A stretch of 64,000 nt of DNA, taken from an uncultured Clostridia bacterium. Its GTDB lineage: Bacteria; Bacillota; Clostridia; Christensenellales; Borkfalkiaceae. The notes under the pieces are model-generated. The model was not told where the DNA came from, made no database searches, and worked only from the letters and a program-made list of their open reading frames with translations. Location: assembly GCA_934271735.1 (NCBI GenBank), contig CAKQSB010000005.1:86614-150613 (forward strand), given 5' to 3'. The translations under genes were made by a program, and so were the position numbers. Shown here one piece after another: positions 30,459 to 38,515 of the stretch. How positions within the stretch are numbered: the first letter of the stretch is position 1; the number at the start of each line of letters is the position of its first letter.

Positions 30459-30525
30459 GCGGATTGTCAATAAGGATTGTCAATAAGTCCGTGATCTTTT
30501 TGTAAGACGCGGATTGTCAATTACT
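30459..30525. promoter_or_regulatory. Three direct repeats GGATTGTCAAT(A/T)A plus two copies of ATAAGCCGCG, upstream of the hfsA-hydS-PP2C operon. Candidate operator.
   Basis: gcggattgtcaataa (30461), ggattgtcaataag (30475), gcggattgtcaatta (30510). Confidence 0.5.
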
Positions 30526-30596
30526 CGCGGTTATCATCGATAAGCCGCGAACTATCGATATACCGATAAACGAAAATCCGAAACAGGAGAACAGAT

Positions 30597-30839
30597 ATGA
30601 TAAAAGTTACCGTTTGTATAGGCAGCTCCTGCCACATAAAAGGCTCGAGACAAATTGTCGAAGACCTTCAGCGTCTCGTAGCCGAAAACAAACTTGACGA
30701 AAAAGTCGAGCTGGGCGGCACGTTCTGTATGGGGAGATGCAAAGAGGGCGTTTGCGTTACCGTGGGCGACGATTTCTTCTCCGTAAGCCCCGAAAACGTC
30801 GACGATTTCTTCAAAAAAGAAATACTTCCGAGGGTTTAA
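30597..30839 (+). CDS. Small thioredoxin-like (2Fe-2S) ferredoxin, NuoE/HfsA-like.
   Basis: 80 aa. CIGSSCHIKGS ... CMGRCKEGVCV four-Cys pattern. Confidence 0.75.
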   Translation: MIKVTVCIGSSCHIKGSRQIVEDLQRLVAENKLDEKVELGGTFCMGRCKEGVCVTVGDDFFSVSPENVDDFFKKEILPRV

Positions 30840-30854
30840 AAGCAACGCAAAACC

Positions 30855-30957
30855 CGTAATGGCGAACATTGTCTGTCAGAAAAATTTACATAACAAAAAA
30901 ATAACAAACGATTCGTAACGGCGAACATTGTTCGACCGAAAAGATTCACATAAAAAC
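30855..30957. repeat. Two copies of an ~45 bp direct repeat (58 bp period) between the paralogous ferredoxin genes.
   Basis: cgtaatggcgaacattgtctgtcagaaaaatttacataacaaaaa versus cgtaacggcgaacattgttcgaccgaaaagattcacataaaaaca. Confidence 0.5.
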
Positions 30958-31000
30958 ATACGCCGGAAAATAACGGCGAAAAAAGATAAGGAAGATTATT

Positions 31001-31264
31001 ATGATAATAAGAGTATGCGTCGGCAGTTCCTGCCATATAAAAGGCGCGCCGGAAATAGTCGAACTTTTTCAGAATTACATAGCGCAGGAAAAACTCGAGG
31101 ACGATATCGTTCTTGTGGGGAGCTTCTGCGCGGGAAAATGCAACCGCGTGGGCGTAACCGTCTCCGTGAACGACGAAGTTTACACGGGCATAAATCCGCA
31201 GAATTTTCTGAGCCTTTGGAACGACAAGATAATACCGGAAATCAAAAAAGAAAAAGAGGGTTAA
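31001..31264 (+). CDS. Second small (2Fe-2S) thioredoxin-like ferredoxin, a paralog of 30597-30839.
   Basis: 87 aa. CVGSSCHIKGA ... CAGKCNRVGV. Stop is 1 bp before the hydS ATG. Confidence 0.75.
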   Translation: MIIRVCVGSSCHIKGAPEIVELFQNYIAQEKLEDDIVLVGSFCAGKCNRVGVTVSVNDEVYTGINPQNFLSLWNDKIIPEIKKEKEG

Positions 31265-31265
31265 A

Positions 31266-32942
31266 ATGATGTCGGATTTTCTCACGTTAAAAAAATCAAA
31301 CTGCAAAAACTGCTATAAATGTATACGTCACTGCCCCGTTAAATCGATAAGATTTTCGGCAAATCAGGCGCATATCATAGGCAACGAATGTATTCTTTGC
31401 GGACACTGTTTCGTAGTCTGCCCGCAGAACGCGAAAGAGATAAAGAGCGAAACCGAGTTGGCGAAAGTTCTTATCCAGTCGGGCGATCCCGTTTACGTTT
31501 CGATCGCGCCGTCGTTTATAGCAAACTACGAAAACGTAGGCATAAACGGTATGAGCGAAGCGCTCAAGAAACTCGGGTTTGCGGAAGTGGAAGAAACGGC
31601 GATAGGAGCTACGATCGTCAAAAAGGAATACGAAAGAATGTTGTCCGAGGAAAAACGGGATATCGTCATTTCCTCGTGCTGTCATTCGATAAATCTTCTC
31701 ATTCAGAAATATTTCCCCGATTCACTGAGATACCTCGCGAATATTCTCTCCCCTATGCAGGCGCACGCGAGGGATATAAAGGAAAGAGTTCCGAACGCAA
31801 AAGTCGTGTTCATAGGACCTTGCGTCGCGAAAAAGGACGAAGCGGCTTATTACGACGGGCTTGTGGACGCGGTTTTAACTTACGAGGAACTCGCGGAATG
31901 GCTCAAAGCCGAGAAAATCGAGCTTAAAAGCAATATGGACGATACCGAAAAGAGCCGCGCGAGATTTTTCCCCACGACGGGCGGAATTTTAAAAACTATG
32001 GAGCAACTCCCCGAATACACTTACCTTGCGATTGACGGCGTGGAAAACTGTATCGCCGCGCTCAAAGATATCGAAAGCGGGAAAATTCACAACTGCTTTA
32101 TCGAAATGTCCTCGTGCGTGGGAAGCTGCATAGGCGGTCCCGTTATGGAAAAATATCACCGTCTGCCCGTTAAGGACTACGCGGCGGTCGCGAAATATGC
32201 CGGCAAAAAGGATTTCGACGTGAATATGCCCGACAGAGTGTCTCTTCTCAAAAGCATGACGGCTATCGGCAGAAAATCCGTTCCGCCGACCGAACAGGAA
32301 ATCGAAGAAATACTCAAGAAAATGGGTAAATTCAAAAAGGAAGACGAGCTTAACTGCGGTTCTTGCGGCTACGATACCTGCCGCGAAAAGGCGGCGGCTA
32401 TTTTCGAAGGAAAAGCCGAAATTTCGATGTGTCTCCCGTTCCTTAAAGAAAAAGCCGAAAGTTTTTCGGACTGCATCGTTAGCAACACCCCGAACGGACT
32501 TATCGTTTTAAACGAGAGCCTCGAAGTTCAGCAGATAAACGCTTCGGCGAGAAAAATCATGAACATCCGCTCCGCAAGCGACGTTCTGGGCGAAAGCGTT
32601 ATAAGAATTCTCGACGTGGACATTTTCTCGAGAGTTTTAAAAACCAAGCGTAGCGTGAGAAACGAAAGAGCTTACCTTGCGGAATATAAAAAATACGTAG
32701 AACAGTCGGTTATTTACGACGAGAATTATCACTTGCTCGTTTGCCTTATGAGGGATATAACAGACGAAGAAACGGAGCGCGAGAAAAAAGAAAGCATTTC
32801 CCGCCAGACCATAGAGGTCGCGGACAAAGTAGTCGATAAACAGATGCGAATCGTTCAGGAAATCGCGTCGCTCCTCGGCGAAACGGCGGCGGAAACCAAA
32901 ATCGCGCTTACGAAATTGAAGGAGTCTATCGAAGATGAATGA
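31266..32942 (+). CDS. hydS: Sensory [FeFe]-hydrogenase-like protein (HydS/HfsB type): 2x[4Fe-4S] ferredoxin, H-cluster domain, C-terminal PAS.
   Basis: 558 aa. CKNCYKCIRHCP and CILCGHCFVVCP ferredoxin motifs. H-cluster L2-like IGPCVAKKDE and L3-like EMSSCVGSCIGGP. C-terminal PAS-like region. Confidence 0.85.
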   Translation: MMSDFLTLKKSNCKNCYKCIRHCPVKSIRFSANQAHIIGNECILCGHCFVVCPQNAKEIKSETELAKVLIQSGDPVYVSIAPSFIANYENVGINGMSEALKKLGFAEVEETAIGATIVKKEYERMLSEEKRDIVISSCCHSINLLIQKYFPDSLRYLANILSPMQAHARDIKERVPNAKVVFIGPCVAKKDEAAYYDGLVDAVLTYEELAEWLKAEKIELKSNMDDTEKSRARFFPTTGGILKTMEQLPEYTYLAIDGVENCIAALKDIESGKIHNCFIEMSSCVGSCIGGPVMEKYHRLPVKDYAAVAKYAGKKDFDVNMPDRVSLLKSMTAIGRKSVPPTEQEIEEILKKMGKFKKEDELNCGSCGYDTCREKAAAIFEGKAEISMCLPFLKEKAESFSDCIVSNTPNGLIVLNESLEVQQINASARKIMNIRSASDVLGESVIRILDVDIFSRVLKTKRSVRNERAYLAEYKKYVEQSVIYDENYHLLVCLMRDITDEETEREKKESISRQTIEVADKVVDKQMRIVQEIASLLGETAAETKIALTKLKESIEDE

Positions 32943-34107
32943 TCTTTGCGTGGATATCGGCTACAAAAGCATAAACCACGTCGGCGAACAGCTTTGCGGC
33001 GACCACGTCGACGTTGTGGAACAAGGCGAAAACTCGCAGGTCGTGGTTCTGGCGGACGGACTGGGGAGCGGCGTTAAGGCAAGCATACTTTCCACGCTCA
33101 CCTCGAAAATCATTTCCACGATGATGGCTGAGGGGCTTTCCCTCGAGGACTGCGTTTCCACAATTGCCGCGACGCTTCCCATCTGCTCGGTCAGAGGGGT
33201 TGCTTATTCCACTTTTACGATAGTTCATATCGTCAACAACGAGACGGCGGAAATTATGGAATTCGACAATCCGCAGGTCATCGTTTTAAGAGACGGATCG
33301 AATTATCTTTACCATAGAACGGAAATGACCATCGGCGGAAAACGCATCTATAAGTCGATTATCCCGCTGAAAGACAACGACGTGTTTATTCTGATGAGCG
33401 ACGGTTGCCCGCACGCCGGGCTGGGAACTCAGTTCAATTTCGGCTGGAAAAGAGACGAAATAATCAACTTCCTTCTCCCTAACGTTTACGTCGGTTACAC
33501 GGCAAAAACGCTCTCCACCATTCTCGTGGACGAATGTAATCGTCTTTACGGAAACAAGCCGGGCGACGATACGACGGCAGTCGTTTTAAAGGTCAGAAAG
33601 CGCGAGCCGATGAACCTTCTTTTCGGTCCGCCCTCCAACCCGGACGACGCAAACCGTATGATGTCTTTGTTCTTCTCCAAAGAGGGAAAACATATCGTAT
33701 GCGGCGGAACGACCTCGTCTATCGCCGCAAAATATCTCGGGAAAACCGTCAGACCGACTTTGAATTTCGTTCGAAGCGACGTTCCGCCGATTGCCGAAAT
33801 AGATGGCGTGGATCTTGTTACGGAAGGCGTTATAACGGTAAATAAAGTCGTGGAATATGCGAAAGACTCCTTAAGCGAAAACAAGCTTTACGAAAAATGG
33901 AGTTTCGGACAGGACGGCGCGTCGCTTATCTGCAGGCTTTTATTCGAAGAAGCGACGGATATCAACTTTTTCGTCGGCAGAGCCGTAAACCCCGCGCACC
34001 AGAACCCCGATCTTCCCATAAACTTCAACATTAAAATGAATCTTGTGGAAGAACTTTCGAAATGTCTTAAACAAATGGGTAAAAGAATAAAGGTAAGCTA
34101 TTTCTGA
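32935..34107 (+). CDS. PP2C-family (SpoIIE/RsbU-type) serine phosphatase, 8 bp overlap with hydS.
   Basis: 390 aa. GDHVDV...VVLADGLGSGVKAS PP2C metal-binding signature. ATGAATGA overlap with the hydS stop. Confidence 0.85.
   Translation: MNDLCVDIGYKSINHVGEQLCGDHVDVVEQGENSQVVVLADGLGSGVKASILSTLTSKIISTMMAEGLSLEDCVSTIAATLPICSVRGVAYSTFTIVHIVNNETAEIMEFDNPQVIVLRDGSNYLYHRTEMTIGGKRIYKSIIPLKDNDVFILMSDGCPHAGLGTQFNFGWKRDEIINFLLPNVYVGYTAKTLSTILVDECNRLYGNKPGDDTTAVVLKVRKREPMNLLFGPPSNPDDANRMMSLFFSKEGKHIVCGGTTSSIAAKYLGKTVRPTLNFVRSDVPPIAEIDGVDLVTEGVITVNKVVEYAKDSLSENKLYEKWSFGQDGASLICRLLFEEATDINFFVGRAVNPAHQNPDLPINFNIKMNLVEELSKCLKQMGKRIKVSYF
33345..33365 (+). repeat. Dispersed motif copy inside the PP2C coding sequence, in-frame I-Y-K-S-I-I.
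   Basis: catctataagtcgattatccc. Confidence 0.7.
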
Positions 34108-34120
34108 AAAACAAAAGTCA

Positions 34121-34155
34121 AAATAAAAGTCGTCCCAAAGGGGCGACTTTTTTCG
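34121..34155. terminator. Bidirectional terminator between the PP2C gene and a convergent membrane-protein gene.
   Basis: aaaagtcgtccc aaag gggcgactttttt. Confidence 0.6.
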
Positions 34156-34167
34156 TTTGTTTTTGCG

Positions 34168-35121
34168 TTAAATTTCCACGTCGTTCAAAAGCTGCTCGTC
34201 GTTTTCGCGAAGCTCCTTGGGAACGATTATGTTGTCGTAATCGATGAAATATCTTTTAACGTTTATCGTGTAATAATCGATCAGTCTCATACAAACCGTC
34301 ATAAGGGTGAAGAACGCCGCGATAAGAACCGATCCCGCGCCGAGCGTAAACACGCCCATCGATATAAACAGGTATACGTATATGAGATTTACCGACAAAT
34401 ACGCGGAGAACATTCTCCAGAAATATTTTTTGCCGGGGTGAAGTCCTTTTATAAACGCCTGCTTAACGCCGAGGCCTCCGACGATCATATTCGCCATAAC
34501 CTGACTTAAACAGGACGAATAAATACCTACCGAAAATGCCAGAATACACACGCCTAAAAACACGACGATTACCGTTAAGTAAGGGGCTAAAAATCTGAAC
34601 AAAATAAACTCCACAAAAAAGACCACGGCGTAGTAAACGATAGCCAAAACCGCGTCTATAAGTTGATAAACGACGATTTTCTTCAAATTTTCGAACATAA
34701 CTCCGAGATACCCTCTGTGCGATAAACTCGACATATATCCGTCGACTAAAATCATCAGAGTACAGTCGCTCAGCCCTGCGAAAAATCTGTAAAGATAAAC
34801 GATCAGAACGCAGATAAGCGCGGCTATGACGATACTGCCGACGTTAGCCGAAATATACGCGAGAAACTCGTTGAAATGCGCGGTGAGGTTGGACGAATTC
34901 GTCGCCGAAACTCCGCTCTGCCCTTTTAAAAGAGCTTTTATGATTTCCGCGATATCCTGCAAAACGGGTTTAAGCTGTTCGATAAACGGCGTTAAACTGA
35001 CGTTTAACGTAAACCACACCGCAGTTGCGAAAAGCGCGAAAATAATCGTTTTATAAAGAATATTTTTAAATACAAGCCCGAAGTTTCCTATGGCTATTTT
35101 AAACGCGTTGATTACCCGCAA
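34168..35121 (-). CDS. Multi-pass integral membrane protein of unknown function.
   Basis: 317 aa with several hydrophobic helices. No recognised catalytic motif. Confidence 0.55.
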   Translation of the reverse strand: MRVINAFKIAIGNFGLVFKNILYKTIIFALFATAVWFTLNVSLTPFIEQLKPVLQDIAEIIKALLKGQSGVSATNSSNLTAHFNEFLAYISANVGSIVIAALICVLIVYLYRFFAGLSDCTLMILVDGYMSSLSHRGYLGVMFENLKKIVVYQLIDAVLAIVYYAVVFFVEFILFRFLAPYLTVIVVFLGVCILAFSVGIYSSCLSQVMANMIVGGLGVKQAFIKGLHPGKKYFWRMFSAYLSVNLIYVYLFISMGVFTLGAGSVLIAAFFTLMTVCMRLIDYYTINVKRYFIDYDNIIVPKELRENDEQLLNDVEI

Positions 35122-35207
35122 AACTTCTCTCCTCCGCCGCTTTGTTTCCGACCGATAATTTAAAACGTTTTCTTCGGCTTTCTTTTTAAGCGGCTCGTTA
35201 TAACCCT

Positions 35208-35225
35208 ATATAATCGATTATATAA
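35208..35225. promoter_or_regulatory. Perfect 18 bp palindrome TATATAATCGATTATATA, about 85 bp upstream of the membrane-protein gene start.
   Basis: Read directly. Looks like a G-less symmetric variant of the dispersed TATAAGTCGATTAT motif. Confidence 0.3.
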
Positions 35226-35383
35226 TATTTTTATTTTTTTTGCAAGAAATTTATAACGATTTATTTTTTCGGCGTAATTTATAGCCTTTCGCCAGGCAAA
35301 ACGGGGCATAAAAATACGCGGATTTCGGAAAAATTTTCCGAAATCCGCGTAAAAAAATCTTATAAATCTTTTAAAAGATTAAA

Positions 35384-36385
35384 TTATTTATTCATCGCCT
35401 TTTCAACGGCAACCGCAACCGCAACGGTAGCTCCAACCATCGGGTTGTTACCCATACCGATAAGACCCATCATCTCTACGTGAGCGGGAACGGAAGAAGA
35501 ACCTGCGAACTGAGCGTCCGAATGCATTCTTCCCATAGTATCGGTCATACCGTAAGAGGAAGGACCTGCCGCCATATTGTCGGGGTGAAGCGTTCTGCCC
35601 GTGCCGCCGCCCGAAGCAACGGAAAAATATTTCTTGCCGTTTTCTACGCACCACTTTTTGTAAGTGCCTGCAACGGGGTGCTGGAATCTCGTGGGGTTCG
35701 TGGAGTTACCCGTGATGGAAACCATAACGTTTTCGAGTTTCATTATCGCAACGCCTTCGGGAACGTTATCCGCGCCATAGCATTTAACCTTAGCTCTCGG
35801 TCCGTCCGAATAAGGCTTTTCGTAAACTACGGTTACCTTTTCGGTGTAAGGATCGAAGGTGGTTTCGACGTAAGTGAAGCCGTTGATTCTCGAAATGATC
35901 ATAGCCGCGTCTTTGCCGAGACCGTTAAGAATAACTCTTAAGGGTTTGGTTCTTACGGTGTTTGCGTTAAGAGCGATTTTGATTGCGCCTTCCGCCGCCG
36001 CGAAAGATTCGTGACCAGCCAAGAAGCAGAAGCAATCGGTGTCGTCCGAAAGGAGCATCGCGCCGAGATTTCCGTGACCAAGTCCTACCTTTCTGTTATC
36101 GGCAACGGAGCCGGGAATACAGAACGACTGAAGACCGATACCGATCTTAGCCGCTGCGTCCGCAGCTTTTTTAGCTCCGCTCTTTATAGCGATAGCCGCG
36201 CCGACGGTGTAAGCCCAAACGGCGTTCTCGAAGCAAATAGGCTGAGTGCTTCTTACGATATCGTCGCAATCAACCCCTTTTGCAAGACAGATTTCCTTGC
36301 ATTCTTCAACCGAAGAAATGCCGTATTCTTTCAAAGTAGCATTGATTTTGTCAATTCTTCTTTCATATCCTTCAAATAAAGCCAT
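35384..36385 (-). CDS. GGGtGRT family protein.
   Basis: 333 aa. Literal SGGGTGRTLHP motif. Confidence 0.75.
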   Translation of the reverse strand: MALFEGYERRIDKINATLKEYGISSVEECKEICLAKGVDCDDIVRSTQPICFENAVWAYTVGAAIAIKSGAKKAADAAAKIGIGLQSFCIPGSVADNRKVGLGHGNLGAMLLSDDTDCFCFLAGHESFAAAEGAIKIALNANTVRTKPLRVILNGLGKDAAMIISRINGFTYVETTFDPYTEKVTVVYEKPYSDGPRAKVKCYGADNVPEGVAIMKLENVMVSITGNSTNPTRFQHPVAGTYKKWCVENGKKYFSVASGGGTGRTLHPDNMAAGPSSYGMTDTMGRMHSDAQFAGSSSVPAHVEMMGLIGMGNNPMVGATVAVAVAVEKAMNK

Positions 36386-36397
36386 TTCTTCTTCTCC

Positions 36398-37090
36398 TTA
36401 TTCCTTTCTCGGATCGATATATTTGTAAGCGTTCTCGAATCTGCCGTAGTGACCCTTGGCTTTCTCGTACGCCTCGTTGGGAGTGAGACCTTTTTTGATA
36501 AAATCGGTCATTTTGCCGAGCGAAACGAACTCGTAACCGATAACCTGCATATCTTCGTCGAGAGCCATTCTCGTAACGTAGCCCTCTGCCATTTCAAGAT
36601 ATCTCGTACCCTTTTCCTTAGTTCCGTACATGGTTCCGACCTGCGAACGAAGTCCTTTTCCGAGGTCCTCGAGTCCCGCGCCGATAACAAGTCCGTCGTC
36701 GGAATAAGCCGACTGAGTACGTCCGTAAACTATCTGTAAGAAAAGTTCTCTCATTGCGGTGTTGATAGCGTCGCAGACAAGGTCGGTATTAAGAGCCTCG
36801 AGAATGGTTTTTCCGGGAAGAATCTCGGAAGCCATTGCCGCGGAGTGAGTCATACCCGAACAGCCGATGGTCTCGATCAAAGCCTCTTCGATAACGCCTT
36901 TTTTAACGTTGAGCGAAAGCTTGCAGGCTCCCTGCTGAGGAGCGCACCAACCGACGCCGTGAGTAAATCCGCTGATGTCGGTTATCTGCTTAGCTTCAAC
37001 CCAAAGCCCCTCTTCGGGGATAGGCGCGGGTCCGTGCTTAGGACCTTTCGCTACGCAGACCATATCCTTTACTTCGTTTGAATATTGCAT
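36398..37090 (-). CDS. NifU/IscU-like Fe-S scaffold-like protein, operonic with the GGGtGRT gene.
   Basis: 230 aa. IETIGCSGMTHSAAMA segment. 12 bp from the downstream gene. Confidence 0.45.
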   Translation of the reverse strand: MQYSNEVKDMVCVAKGPKHGPAPIPEEGLWVEAKQITDISGFTHGVGWCAPQQGACKLSLNVKKGVIEEALIETIGCSGMTHSAAMASEILPGKTILEALNTDLVCDAINTAMRELFLQIVYGRTQSAYSDDGLVIGAGLEDLGKGLRSQVGTMYGTKEKGTRYLEMAEGYVTRMALDEDMQVIGYEFVSLGKMTDFIKKGLTPNEAYEKAKGHYGRFENAYKYIDPRKE

Positions 37091-37366
37091 AAATATTCCT
37101 CCAAATTTTTTTTCGCTTATATTCCGTGCCGAAACCCGTTCGGCTCGTCTTCCGTTAAATTATAGCATATCCCGAAAAATTTTTCAATTATTATTTAACC
37201 GTTATTTTAAGTTTTTTACGGGTTTATCCGTATACTCCGAACAAGAACAACATCAATTCGGATAATTTATAAAAAAAAACACAATTATTAGGAAATAAGG
37301 CAAGACAAGGCAGATACCTGCGATGTATAATACATATATAAAAATATAAAACTTCAGGAGGAAAAA

Positions 37367-38515
37367 ATGAAGAAAATGAGAAAGACGGCGATAATTGCCG
37401 CCATATCCCTTTTGGTTTTATCTTTCGTCACGTTCTTTTCGGGCATACAGATTATGCGTGCGGAAAAAAGCGGCGCGGAAACAAATAAAACCGGTGAAAT
37501 TACCGACGTAATCACGGTAAAAAGCCCGATTCAGGGTTCGACGGTTACTTTGGACAATGAAAAAATCGCCGATTATTTCGAGCATTACTCCAAAGGCTAC
37601 AGCGTCAAAGCGGGTTACTTCGGGCAAGGCGATATTTTTATGATGAACCCCGTTAAATTCGAGTGGGAATGCGAGGACGGTTTATATTATCAGTTATATA
37701 TCGCCGACAATCTCGGGTTTTACGACGCAGAGAAATTCTTCACGACAAAGAATTACGCGGTGATCGAAAACCTCGTTCCCGAAACAAAGTATTACTGGAA
37801 AGTTAAGGTCGCTTTAAGCGGCGGCGAAGAAAAAACTTCCAAATCCTATTGTTTTGAAACGAAAGGCAACGTAAGAACCATAACTTTGGACGGAGTTTCC
37901 AACTCAAGAGACCTGGGCGGAATAAAAACCGCCGACGGAAAAGAAATAAAATACGGAATGGTTTATCGTTCCGCAAATCTTGATTCCGTTACCGAAAAAG
38001 GCAGAGCCGAGGCAAGAAGGCTCGGAATAAAAACCGACCTCGATTTACGCGGCGGAGACGCCCCGACTGCTTCCCCTCTCGGCTCAAATGTCAATCTTAT
38101 CGCAAAAAAAGCTCCGTGCTACACCGGCGACCCCTTTGGAATCAACGGCACGGAAGAATATCGCAATGCTTTAAGAGACGAAATAAAAGTTTTTGCATAT
38201 GAAGAAAACTACCCCGTCCTTTTTCATTGTCAGATAGGCAGAGACAGAACGGGAACTCTCGCAATGTTTATCTTGGCGATTTGCGGAGTTGAAAAAGAAG
38301 AAATTCTCAAAGATTACGAGCTGACATATTTCTCTCAGAACGGTACGACGGACGGCAAAACCGAATGTCCCGATTGGATCGATTATACCTGCGATTTTCT
38401 CGGCACGCTTTCCGAAACCGGCACGACGCTGAGCGAAAAAGCAATAAATTACGCTATAAGTCTCGGCGTTACCGAAACGGAGATAGCCTCCATTAAAAGA
38501 ATTTTAACGAGGTGA
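37367..38515 (+). CDS. Secreted or membrane-anchored protein: signal/anchor, FN3-like domain, protein tyrosine/dual-specificity phosphatase domain.
   Basis: 382 aa. N-terminal hydrophobic segment. HCQIGRDRTG CX5R P-loop. RBS caggaggaaaaa ATG. Confidence 0.75.
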   Translation: MKKMRKTAIIAAISLLVLSFVTFFSGIQIMRAEKSGAETNKTGEITDVITVKSPIQGSTVTLDNEKIADYFEHYSKGYSVKAGYFGQGDIFMMNPVKFEWECEDGLYYQLYIADNLGFYDAEKFFTTKNYAVIENLVPETKYYWKVKVALSGGEEKTSKSYCFETKGNVRTITLDGVSNSRDLGGIKTADGKEIKYGMVYRSANLDSVTEKGRAEARRLGIKTDLDLRGGDAPTASPLGSNVNLIAKKAPCYTGDPFGINGTEEYRNALRDEIKVFAYEENYPVLFHCQIGRDRTGTLAMFILAICGVEKEEILKDYELTYFSQNGTTDGKTECPDWIDYTCDFLGTLSETGTTLSEKAINYAISLGVTETEIASIKRILTR

